Below are positions 48,637 through 60,658 of a stretch of 64,000 bases of DNA, piece after piece. Numbering within the stretch: position 1 is the first letter of the stretch; each line of letters opens with the position of its first letter. Under the pieces are notes generated by a model. That model saw only the letters and a list, made by a program, of their open reading frames with translations, was not told where the DNA came from and made no database searches. A program made the translations under genes and the position numbers. The stretch comes from Rhizodiscina lignyota (Eukaryota), in contig ML978125.1 in NCBI GenBank assembly GCA_010015805.1, forward strand, positions 1,054,001 to 1,118,000, written 5' to 3'.

Positions 48637-49369
48637 ATGGCTCAACAGCAGGTGACTGCCAAAAGGCAGCAGGGTGCGTAGTCGAAGTCTAAATTACTCC
48701 TGCTTCTGGGCGGAATCCGGCTGACGTACGCGAACAGAGCTCCAGCTTCAGTACACAACGTACAAGAACAACCTGCAACAGCTCGCCCAGAAAATTGGAG
48801 ATGTCGAGCAAGAGGCCGAAGAACACAAGTATGTGTCTACGTCAGCTCTCCCAGCCCCCAAGAGAGACTTATTTCAATTTTAATTTCAATCTTGTCATAC
48901 ATATTGTCCATCTATTTTCATCTTCGATGGAATGCCGAGCATCTATTTCAAGGTTTTCTCACCGCTTCCCATCGTGAAAAAAGCCTGATCAATGCGCTAC
49001 CTGCCATCCCGATTTCCCCACTCACCAGGCCGCTTTACTAAACTTACTAAACTTATGGCGCCACAGACTCGTTCTTGAAACACTAGAGCCGCTACCGGGC
49101 GATCGCAAGTGCTTCCGGATGATCAACGGCGTGCTCGTCGAAAGAACGGTGAAGGAGGTCGTTCCTGCGCTAAAAACCAATTCGGAGGGCTTGAAGAAGG
49201 TGCTCGATGGCCTGCTGGGGCAGTACAAGACTATGCAGGATGACATGGAGAAGTGGAAGGTTCGTTGCGCTTTTCGTCTGTTACTTCACGACCTGTCTCG
49301 TCCTTACCTAGTTCTAACTTGATGCAATCCTTACAGAAGAAAAACAATGTACAAGTCGTGCAACAATGA
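48637..49369 (+). CDS. GIM4: Prefoldin subunit 2; four exons (48637-48673, ~48739-48828, ~49067-49259, ~49337-49369)
   Basis: LQQLAQKIGDVEQEAEEHKLVLETL...RKCFRMINGVLVERTVKEVVPAL...WKKKNNVQVVQQ*. Confidence 0.93.
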
Positions 49370-51698
49370 ACGAGCTGTCAGGCCACGTGCGAAGAATATG
49401 TCTGCTGCACGTATCAGACGATCGCCAAGCAATTAGTTTGGACTTGCAGACTGTCTGCGAACGAGTCGACATATCGACACTGCCTCTTTAGCTGCAATCT
49501 TTTGAGCGTCGTACGCGAGCATTCGAATTGGACATGTCCGACTTCGGCTGAGAAGCTTCAGAGCATTAGCTCTCGGATATTCTGGCCGATGGCCCAGGGG
49601 AAGAATGGATTAAGCTTGGAACTGCTCAAGTGTGGTTGCAACCTTGGGGCGCAGTCGTTGGACACCCCCTTCAGAAGAAAAAGGTGCACCTCAAAATAGA
49701 CTAGCGCCAAAGGATAATTGATTAAGTGCCTTCTGAAAGGATTTGGTAGATATCAGAGATACAGATTGAGCCGCACAAGGCGGGGAAATTATCCTACTCG
49801 CTCAACTTCTACACACCCTCTCGCTCTGAATGAGGGATTTCTGCGCAATCATGTTCCCCAATTGACAACAATGACGACCAATGCGTTGTGTTCTAGACAA
49901 GAAAAAAGTTCTCCAGACGACAAGGCTGACATCAGGACGAAAGGCGATGAAATCATGTGCCAGCTGCATGATGCGTTGGCCACTCGGGGTGCTCACGCCC
50001 AACCTTGGGACCTACCTCGTCATGGCTTGCAGAATCATCCGTTCTGGCGGTAACAGCCTTCGAAAACTCTGCATGCAAGATTTCAGATCCATGGGACTGC
50101 TCGTATTCGTTGCGTCAGCCGTTATTCTGGAAGCCATCTCGAGGAGGGTGGGTATGTGTGCATGGGTGGTAGATGCTTTGTATAGATACATTAAGTTTGC
50201 AGGATTTGCCCAACGTATGTGAAACGCTTATTCCCATGAGCGTGGGCTCTAGAGCAGCCATCGATGCGAACAAGGTCAGGGTTAGGATTCCGTCCTAGGT
50301 TCCTGATGATGCCAGCGCTCCTATCCAAAGCCGGCGCCGCCGCGCTGTTGCATGAGCTGTCCAGCCTAGAAGGCCCGAAGCGAAGGGGTTATTGAATTGT
50401 CAAGCTGCCAACGAAGTCATCAGCTTTTGCCTGAATGAAGGAAACGGAGGCGAGGGGACAAGGATCGAGTATCAACCCAAGTCCGAGGAGCGTTTCCGTG
50501 ACGTTGATATCGAGTTTTGGAATCCAAAGGCCAGAAAATGACCGGCAGAAATTTCTCGTTTCGGCCAATTGCGAGTAGACTAGGAGAAATAGAAGGAAAA
50601 AGCAAGACGGAGATCGAATGGGAGCATACAGATGGGCGGCTGGCGAAGCGATTCGATGGATGCGAACGGCGGCAGACCCACTGCGAGCCGTCGAGCCGTC
50701 CCTCTCGCCCAGCAGGTTAGCAGGACGCCTGCGAGGCTTGGAGCCCAGCAAGGCTGCGATGTTGCAGCGGATTTTAGAGCCTGACGTGCCGAGTGCTGTA
50801 AGCATGAGGTCCAGGGGGCCCATCGCCGGTGACGAGGTGGTCGAGACGATTGGAGGAGTCAACCGATAGCGCCCACTAATAAGAATTGCGCGCTGGCGTC
50901 GCCGGCCTTGACTGGCTGCGTAATCGCAGACTCGTCGCTCCTGCGCTTGCTTGGCCAGCCAGAGAGGGCGCTGGCGTCACTGTCACCGTGTGCGGCGCGT
51001 GTGTGCTGGGTGGCAGTTGGAACCTGGCCCTGGTGAGGTGCGCATGCAACAGCTTCTGCTCTGCTGCCCACAACAACAACGTCCGCCGTCCGTCTCCGTC
51101 GCCCGCAAGCTCTCGCGTCGGCGCTGTCGTCTGTCGTGCATCGTGTAGCAGCGAGCATTCGTGCTGACCGCCATTGGCCGTCAATTGCGCGTGCGCGTGG
51201 TGGGTGCTGCTGCTTTTTCCCTCCGGCCGTTGGGCTTGACGCCGTTAGTCCTTGCGCTCACAGCGACGTCCAAACCTCCTCGCCTCCACTCCACCTCAGC
51301 ATCCGACGCAGAATCCCACGCTTCGCATGCAATGCCGCCCTAGCCCCATCATCGACACGCCTTACGCGATCATCGACCGAGTCATTGCGCTGTCCATTGC
51401 TGCCGCGAGCTTCGACGCTGCTGCTCTAGCGAGCTCCGCCGCCTGCTGTGCTGGACGAGTGTGCGCGCCGCCGTGCTGCGATCGAGGAGGGCGCATCGAG
51501 GACGCACTGGGTACGGGGGATCAGGCCTGATCTATAGCTTGTCCAACGCGTTGTACATCCGAGTAACACGTCTTAGTCGCGCCCGCCAGCGTGTAGAGGC
51601 CGTCGCATATCGACGCAGAGCGGTCTGCGAACCCTTGCCGGCCATCAACCACCATCCTCCACAATCCGCGAGTCCGCGACACCGCAAACGGACGCGCT

Positions 51699-51746
51699 CC
51701 AATCACGCGCCGCGTGTCGCTTCGCCTTCGCTGCACGTCGATAAAA
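51699..51746 (+). promoter_or_regulatory. CCAAT box followed by a TATA-like element upstream of hapC
   Basis: CCAATCA at 51699 and ATAAAA at 51741; another CCAAT on the minus strand (ATTGG) near 51173. Confidence 0.35.
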
Positions 51747-52068
51747 GGCTTCGTCAGTGTCATAGCTTGTTTGAAACCGCAGACGATCTACCCAGCGCTC
51801 CCAACTCATCCTGCGCACTCTGACGTCGCCGTGCCGACACCTGCGCCTGCAGCCGCATCGACCGAGCAAACGCGCTGCGGCGAAGCCCTCACCCCCAGGC
51901 CGTCGGTCGCACAAGACGGCCGTTCGGGCTCGACGCACGTCAAGGGGGCCGCATAGACGGTCTACACAACCTGGCACTGACGTGGACGCCAGCGAATAAT
52001 TTTCCCTAAGGACAGCTCACCAGCAAGCACGCGGGCACCCCGTGCCTGCGGCAGGCCACCGAATAAAC

Positions 52069-53235
52069 ATGTCGGCAACCCCACCGAAGAAGGATGTGGA
52101 ACCAGAAGGAGAGTCTCCTGACAACGAGGAGCAACCCATGGACAGAGCTGAGGGAACACAAGAGCAGGGAGGCTTTGAGTTCGAAGTCAAGGAACAGGAC
52201 CGATGGCTCCCCATTGCAAATGGTCAGTATGACGAACCGCTATCTACACGCTCCCTAACATGCCCCGAAAACGCTCCCTTTGTTTGCTGCCTTCTGATTT
52301 GCGCGCGTCTCTACTTCTTGCATTTGTCGACGAATGCCATGCCCTGTCGCTTTTTCAACCTCTCTGCAACGCTCTCCGCACTCAGCTTAGTCGCACGTTT
52401 GCTCCCTTCATCACGCATCGAATCGGCACCCTGCCCTGGCACAAGCTCCATCCACCTGCGTCGCTCTGAAGCGGTTGGCTTGCAGCGCTTTGCCAGACAT
52501 GTCCTCTCCTGCATCATCGCCTTCTCCTTCGCTGCTTCCTCGTCGCGCATCACAGGATGCATCCAATAGCACGACATCAGATGCTAACATCCGCAACTTT
52601 GCTCCAGTCGCGCGAATCATGAAGAGCGCTCTGCCCGACAACGCCAAAATTGCCAAAGAGGCAAAGGAGTGCATGCAAGAGTGCGTGAGCGAGTTCATCT
52701 CGTTCATCACCAGCGAAGGTGAGATTGACCAGTCAGGACAATTTCTTCGCCTATTGGCTGACACTGTACCAATCAGCTTCCGAGAAATGCCAGCAAGAGA
52801 AACGCAAAACAGTCAATGGCGAGGACATCCTGTTTGCTATGACTTCACTTGGCTTCGAGAACTATGCGGAAGCTCTCAAGATCTATCTAACACGCTATCG
52901 CGAGGTAAGCTGCCTACTCCTGCACCCTTCTTGCCCGTAACCCCTTCTCCCCTCTCGTCTACGAGTGCGTCTATTTGTACAAGACGTTTATCTGAACTAT
53001 TGGTATTGATTGGTGGCTCGAGAACCTCCTCGCAAGTCAGAACAGGCCATCTGGGGCAGTCGCTGCAGGCGGAGCCGTCGGCGGCGGGAATGGTGGCAAT
53101 GCCTCCACCGGCCAGGCCTTCAACCAGTCAGATGCCTCCAACCACGCATTACTAGGCGGCGATCTAGAAGAGCAGGAAGCAGCTTTCGGATATCCCGTAG
53201 GTCATCACAACGGCAACGGCACCGCCGAATTCTGA
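52069..53235 (+). CDS. hapC: CCAAT-binding complex subunit HapC/Hap3/NF-YB; exons 52069-52222, 52608-52718, 52777-52904, 53023-53235
   Basis: [17 protein letters not shown]...[47 protein letters not shown] histone-fold; last acceptor uncertain. Confidence 0.95.
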
Positions 53236-54248
53236 GCGCGCCGCCAGCGTCAACCGGGATAGAGAAGTATCCTCGGAGAAGACAAGGTTTTGACGCTGGC
53301 TTATCAAGGTGTCGTAGGCATCAGAAAAGACGGCGGTTGCGGGGGAGATGAATGAACGTGACAGATTGGACGACGGGAAGGACGACGGGAAAGGTGACGG
53401 ACGAGACTGGGGCGCTACGGAAGAATGGATTGAAGGGGTCATTTCGGCATGTACGATGGGAAACTAGGAACTATGGGATTTCAACGGACTTGTCAATGAA
53501 CGGACCTTGGTTTACTTGGCTTGCTCTCGGTTAGCAAGTCGAGAATGTCAACATCACTATCGTTTCCTTTGTATAACTTATCAACGCGGATAGAGTCCAA
53601 CGACCATGTACCCAATTAGGTACTTTCAGGACGGCTAATTGTTTTAATTATATCGGTTTCGTTTTGCGCAAGACGAGCTATACGGATGATTATGTATGAG
53701 GTGGAGAGGCTGTCCCTTAATATCCCATGTCAGTCCAGGAAGCTCTTCTGAGAATGTCCAGCGTGGCTAATTGCAGACTTCGGAGAATCCATTTGCTTGC
53801 TGATTCGCGGCTAGAGTTTCTTTTCTGCAAGTTTCCAACTTTCTCGTCGGCTTCCTGCCAGACGTTGCACCGACATATGCGCTCGATGTTTGCACACGAA
53901 ACAATGGACAACCGCCTTGCAGATTCGCCGATTCAAATCCCTTGCATACGCTTCCGATGTAAATTTCCGCGATAGGTGGCCTGATTTGTGGAGATGCGTT
54001 ATGTGCAGCGGCACGCTACTTTTCACGCAGCAATGGCTTCAGATCGCGGCTTGACCGTGCAACTCCGTTCCGTCTCTTCAAATTTTACTCATTTCACACG
54101 TCGTACAAACATCTATTTATGCCATCTTAATGCCTCGGCGCTCGTTGTCTTCATTATGGCTGCAGGAGTTCATCTTCGTGCACCTTCAGCTCATGATAAT
54201 GGCTTAATGCTGCGTTGAGAAATTACCGTGCAAAGCTCGGCTCTCACA

Positions 54249-55212
54249 ATGAAATTGTCTTCATTACTCCACCTCGAGTCAAACTCAAGACAGCCTTTTG
54301 ATCCATCTTATCGTTTCCATACATCATGGCTTCTAACGCCATTGGCACTCTCTGTTGTGCGAGCCACATTCGCCCTGTACATCTTCACCTCAACATTCTT
54401 CTTCCTTGGCGTCAACTCTACGCATGGAGATATCGTTGGCATCCGTCACTCCTTCAGCTACTTCAGTGGCCTCTCACTATGGGGAGTTGGCATCTACTTC
54501 GGGATTGCTGCCATACATTCTGGTAGTTATACATGCACTGGCAAGCCTCTTCTCGAACATTGGCCGCATGTGCTTCAAATGCTACATAGCATGCTTTACA
54601 GTACAGTGGTCATCTACCCGTTCTTGATTAACAGTAAGTCTAAATCAGAGCTTCGATGTTTCGCAACTGAGTACTGACGAGTGACGACACGAAGCTATCT
54701 ACTGGATTGCGATATATCGACCGCCTTTCATCGATACCCAAGACGCGTGGCAGACCATGACATATCATGTCCTGAATTCCATGTTCACATTTCTGGAAAT
54801 CATTCTAGCGCGTACAGACCCTCTTCCATGGACGCACGTTATCTGGATGCTTCTCATCCTCGCGATGTACCTCTCACTAGGCTATCTCATCTTCGCGACG
54901 CAGCACTTTTTGGTATATAGCTTCCCCAACTCCGAAGCGACCTGGGATGGGAGCATTGCGAAATGGATATTCATAGTTGCCACTGCGACTGTAGCCATCT
55001 TCGTTACCGTGAATATGGTGATATGGACGAGGCGCTGGGTTACCGAGACTTTGTTGGGCATGACTGGCAATTTTGCGGATTATGGAGCTAATGGTATGGG
55101 GAGTCGGGACATTGAAGCCATGAAGGCTGGATTGGAAGCTCAGAAGAAGAATTATGGTAGCTACATTCCTTCTGCGGTCGAGGTGTATGAGGATGGTTTG
55201 GGTCGAACATAA
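54249..55212 (+). CDS. Integral membrane protein (FAR-17a/AIG1-like); exons 54249-54633 and 54695-55212
   Basis: PFDPSYRFHTSWLL, SFSYFSGL, YPFLINTIYW, HVLNSMFTFLE and VYSF; several hydrophobic helices. Confidence 0.78.
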
Positions 55213-55516
55213 CCAGGCGTACCAGGAGTTCACTCCATGTGAATTGACGATATAACGGGAAATCTACATAACGTACGACGTTCAAATGGTTTCAAAGTAT
55301 TTTGATTGATTCATGACCTACGTTATAATGCATGCTAGAGTGAGGTAGTCCCTTTTTAGAACTTGTGCATCCGCCAAGTCCATCTGCCCAGTCCGTCTTG
55401 ATCGTAGAGAAGAGCATGAGTTGAGATCCCAGAGATAGCGCGCGGATATAGCTGCTCCCGCGTTCTTTGAGCTCCAAGTAAGTCGAGGAAGCGTAAAACT
55501 TCCATCAGCCCCCAAA

Positions 55517-55966
55517 TCACGCAGCCCTCTTATTCGCATACGCCATGCCAAACGTGTACAATCCCAGGGTCGCCAGCACACTCAATCCTATGGGGAGAGG
55601 CTTCTGGCTTCTGATTGCACGCGGAATGCTTGAGCCAGCTAGGACGAGGGATGCAAGAAGCGCGAGTTCGATGCCGTACGGAGACTTGTTGCGAATGCGG
55701 AGGCCGCCAACGGTATACTTGGCCACGTATTAGTTGGCAAGGGAAAACAAGACTGCCAGTCACATGTGACATACGAGAGCTCCAACTGTCAGACCTGCGA
55801 CGATTGAAGGTACAGAGCCTGTGCGGACGTATCCCGTCACGCCGCCGCCAGCTGTGAGGGCGCCGAGAATGAGAGCGATGTCTGAACTTGACTAGAGAGT
55901 TTGTTAGTTCTGATCTAATGGACGGAGAATGACCACTGCATTTCAAAGGATTGAACCTACAGCCAT
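55517..55966 (-). CDS. TMEM14 family small membrane protein; exons 55966-55961, 55891-55775, 55717-55517
   Basis: LGALTAGGGVTGYVRTGSVPSIVAG...YGIELALLASLVLAGSSIPRAIR. Confidence 0.9.
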
Positions 55967-56223
55967 GTTTTCTACTTCTCCTCGAGCTTTTTGGATACCT
56001 AGCAAACAAGCTTGAGAAAGTTGCGCCCTTTATATCAAGCTGCTCGGACTCTCGGAGGTTTGTTCGCTCCCCGCAATATGAGAGCTTCCAAGCGCCAGCC
56101 GCGCGTCTGCTCTCCTTAACAGGGTCCAAGCTCCAATATACGTACGCCAAATCGTAACTTGGCATCTTTAAAGGCACGAGGACTTTATTTTGAGCCACTC
56201 CAACCTCCATTTTACCGTACACC

Positions 56224-56895
56224 ATGGCGCCCAAGAATCGCAAGCACGACACTGCCGCAACGATTTCTCCCACCGCAGCTGCTCCCTCTCAATCGGTGCC
56301 CTCCGCCGCCGGACAGCCTACGCGCAAGACGAGCACGAGCGGTGCATCTTCGAAGAATTCGAACGATCCGGTACAGATTCTACAAGGAATATGGGATAAC
56401 TATATGGAGAAGACGCCGCAGCGGACGAAGCTCATAGATGTGTTCATGGCATTCTTGGTGGTTGTGGGTGCGTTGCAGTTTGTGTACTGCGTGATTGCTG
56501 GCAATTATGTGAGTGACACCTTCTTTCGCAGACTACCTCCGTATGGAGAAAGAAGCGATATAGAAGCCGAGCTTATGGCATTCTGAGTGCTCAATCTTCT
56601 GTTGCATCGGCAAAAACGTCGAGGAAAACGACAACTAACGTGGTTGAAAATAGCCATTCAATGCCTTCCTGGCTGGATTCAGCGCGACTGTTGGTCAATT
56701 CGTCCTCACTGCAAGCCTGCGAATGCAGACAAACCTAGACAATGCTGGAGAGTTCAAGAGCACATCACCAGAAAGGTAGGGTTTCCCTGGTACATTCAAT
56801 TGAACACGACGAGCTGACTCTATATCAGAGCATTTGCAGACTTCGTCTTCGGATCGTTCATTCTTCACTTCTTCTGCGTCAACTTCATCAACTAG
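56224..56895 (+). CDS. OST2: Oligosaccharyltransferase subunit Dad1/Ost2; exons 56224-56508, ~56654-56775, 56829-56895
   Basis: TPQRTKLIDVFM...QFVYCVIAGNYPFNAFLAGF...SLRMQ...ERAFADF...HFFCVNFIN*. Confidence 0.95.
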
Positions 56896-57168
56896 GGACC
56901 TTTTTGCATGGTGTATTCGGTTGGGGATATCAAAAGTCTTATCATGGGATCATTATGTCTATATGTAAAGTATTCCGAACAGCCAGTCCTCCGAATTTGT
57001 GCAGGGAAGAAATATCGATCTTGAGCCTCCCCATGTCGCTAGAAGCAAATTTCTCGAGTGATCCAAATCGCTAGTGTCGAACTGTCAGATGATACCTCAA
57101 TGCTGAATACCTCCATGCCGCTAGAAGCAAAATTCCTGAAGTTGTGACCTTACTGTAGGGCTCAACTA

Positions 57169-59010
57169 TCAAGTCTCCAGCTTTCTCCGCTCGCTGTCAT
57201 TCTCGACCTTGCCATTCGAGTCAATAGCATGATTTCCATTCTCCGCCACCTCATATTCAATAGCCGGGAGGCCAAAGCTCTCACGGACTGCGTCACCAAA
57301 GCGCTTGATGGCCTCCACGATCTTGTCGGAGGGAGCTGCTGCGTACGTTGCACGGAAGAACATCGTATCGTGCTCGATATCGTTCTCTGCGTAGAACCAG
57401 CTTCCACGCATGACGAGCGAACCGTGCTCGATGGATGCCATGAAAATCTCTTCTTCCAGTTCCGTCACGGACTTCGTCTTTGCATGTGGATGTTTTTTCC
57501 AGTCGACTTGCATCCAATGCTGCACCACAGTAATCAGCAAGCTAGGTATCAATAGATAGTAATGCAAACTTACAAACATGCCTGCCATTGGTGGCTTCCA
57601 GCTCACAACGTCTGGCAGGAATCGCTCGCACGCATCAAGAATGACGTTCCTTCGCTTCGTATACTCCATCCGAATGAAGATCAGCCAGTCCAGGTATCCG
57701 CTGTGGCCCCAGTGCTCATCGAGGAGCTTGAACAGAACAAGCTGGCTCATCCCGCTAGGACCTTGAGTCGACACGTCGGAATGCTTCTTGTAGCGCGTGA
57801 TGATCTGCTCGCTTGCCGTGATCCAACCGAGTCTGCATCCAGGAGCGATGACTTTCGAAAATGAATCCATGCGCATGACTCGGCCGTCTACATCCATGCT
57901 GAGTAATGAGGGGACCAACGATTTGAGAAAGTCCTCATGAGAGGCCGGTGGAGGGGGATCTGGTGCATCCGCCCCAGTATATGGCTGCATCTGGAGGAAG
58001 TAATACGGTTCGTCCTCGAGGATGTACACGTCGTGCTTCTGGCAAACAGCGTAGATGTCCTTTCGTCGCTGGGTTCCTTGCGTTGCGCCTGTGGGATTCT
58101 GGCCTGAAGGCACTGTATAGAGGACGAACGGCTTGCGAGCACCATGGCGAGCAGCGGGCTCCCAATTCGTCAAAATCTCGTCCATGCTCTCCGGCAGAAG
58201 ACCTTGCTCGTCCATCTTAATACCTGCGACCCTGACATTCAAAGGGGCAGCAGTTTCGACAGCGGTCGCGAACGTGTACTCCTCACTCAAAATGTAGTCT
58301 CCACTCTCTGTGAGCATGCGAAAGGCCATTTCCAATGCGTACGTTGATCCCACGCTCATCGTGCATGCCCAGTCCTCATATGGGGGCTTGTGCGCGAGCT
58401 CTGTATGCTCGGCGATCCATCGAAGCAGCTGTGCTGCGCCAGAACCTTGGCCATAGTTGAACGAGATCTCAATGTCGAAGATAGACTTGTTGATGGCTAA
58501 GTCGTGCTTTCCCGAGGTTATGTCAATGCCAGAGTCATGAGTTTCTTCCTCTGAGAAATGTCCCACTACTGGCGCTTTGAAAGTGAGAGAGTCAAAAGGA
58601 AAGTAGTCGCTCGACGGCAGACCACCCCCCAGACTGATCAGACCAGGCCTTCCAAGCCACTTTGCGGCCCTCTTGAGTGAGCTACCTTCCCTTCTCTTTG
58701 ATTCGGCACTGAGGATATCTACAGAAGCCGAGCTGATTAGCATGATCCTTCTCGCAAAAGCAATTATTGCTTAAGAATCAATTCCACGGTACTCACGGTC
58801 CCATCTGCGTGCTTTTGGCTTTCCTTTGCTAGAGTGGAGCTTGAAAGATGAGGTGTTGGAGGGAGCAGCTACAACCCACTGCGAGTCCTCTGCCCTCTTT
58901 CGACGGCCGTTAATCTCATTAATCTTGAGAGGCTGCAGCAGAGGGTTTGGAATAGTTACACCCTCTGTATCAGTAACAGCTTCGACTTCAAGCTCTGGGT
59001 GAATCGCCAT
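57169..59010 (-). CDS. ARO8: Aromatic amino acid aminotransferase I (PLP-dependent); exons 59010-58797, 58718-57574, 57519-57169
   Basis: ISLGGGLP, NYGQGSG, GQNPTG, EDEPYYFLQ, DSFSKVIAPGCRLGW and FFRATYAA. Confidence 0.93.
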
Positions 59011-60658
59011 TGCGAATGTGGCGAGGGTTTGATGAAAGAAAAGTTGAAGAAAGAACCTAGGGCGTGGATTGAACTTTTATTCCAATGCCAATGGTACATA
59101 TGCGTAGCCTCACGCCCTTAAACGCAGGCGTGCATCATTAGTGTCACCTGCACGCGCTTATCGTCGGAGAGGATCTAGCTAAATAAGGCTCTCACTGCAC
59201 TTTTTTTCGACGCATTGCGGAGTGCGGGCGTGCGGGAGGGTCCTTTGCATTATCCTGATTCGCAGGCGCCAGCACTTAGCTAATGGTTTCCGATTTCTCT
59301 GAACCAACAGCAAGGAGTGGGAGTGGGAGTGAGTGTGACCAGTGTGGGATATCTGGATGCCGGATATCAGGCTTTTAATCAGACTGGCTCTTGCAACAGC
59401 GGTGTGAGCAGTACCAGGTGCCGGAAAAGGAATATGCGGGTGCTACTTAGCATTTCGCCCCTTTGTGTACCTCCACATCTACCTGGGGTTGTCTCACTCC
59501 TCCCCCCGCGTGATCTCCCCATATTTCTGTGTCACGGCCGCTTAAAGAACCGATTCCCAGTCACTGTTCGGGCTAGTAACTATGTGCTTGTTGCTTGGAA
59601 CCCAGATTATGACCAAATTTTTGGCCACTGATCGCTTCGATATACTCTGAAAAGTTTGGCTGCCGCTGGGGCCAATCATTGATAACGACATCCTAGCATT
59701 ATGCGATACAATTGGACATCACTTGTTCTTCCAACGTTCCACGGCTCCCCATGGGGTATACGAGCTTAATATGTACCCCTACCGACAGCTTGGAATCGTG
59801 GCTTGTGCTCTATCACCAACCCACGGCAGTGGTACCCATTGGCTCTCATGGTCTTGAAGCTGCTCTTCTGTCAGTGGACTACCGGAACATTTTGCTGCAG
59901 GCGATTGAACGGCGGAACGGGATAGCCTCGACATGAAAGTACTTCTACTCTCTAACATGGCAGCGCCGAATTCCTAGTCGAAATATTTGGGAAGTCATCC
60001 TCGAGCCTGACAGCTAATGACCTGCCTGGCCCTGTGGATTGTGGCAAGCTGGAACATTGAATGGCATGCAATACGGCCCAATCCACCCCGGACGCTTCAG
60101 GAGATATGTATGCACAAGGACTTGTAGACCGCAACTTCACCCGTGTACCTTGCGTAGCACTACTGCTGCGCCGATTCGACAGTGCCTCGCAGGTACGTTG
60201 ACTGGTCAATGATCCTCCAGCTGTCTCCCTTGTCCGTGGACCATGCTATCAATACCTGTATGTAAATCGGTACGTGGAAGTTGCAAATCATTCCGGAAGT
60301 GCAATTGCACCAAAAGCGTATCCGAAACACAGAAAAGCTATGTACCGCAACTGAATTTGATACTGAAGCCATGTCCAGGCGAAGTTACCTAGGTACTGCG
60401 GAAAACTGAGAGCGGGAAAACTCGAGATCCGTGCCTTCAAACTTGAATCCATGACGCCACTTTCCGTGTCGTGTCTATCTAATAATCCCACCGTTCGCGT
60501 CGCCTTCTCGGTTCTTCATCCTGATTAGTATGACGGCGGGATCTTTGCTATGAGACTGCGCGAACATCGTTACTGTTGGCGCCGACAGAAAGCACAGAGG
60601 TCTCAGGCCACAGCGCCCCTTTTTGTTTGCCTTCACAAGTCTCAATTGATCTGTCGGC

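Noticed and set aside
50277..50285. Minus-strand CCTAACCCT (1.5 telomeric repeats) as a telomerase RNA template in the GIM4-hapC gap
   Set aside because: A 9-mer of this kind is expected by chance a few times in 64 kb; only ~0.9 kb lies 3' of it before GIM4; no pseudoknot or CR4/5 could be identified. A cmscan with fungal TER models would settle it.
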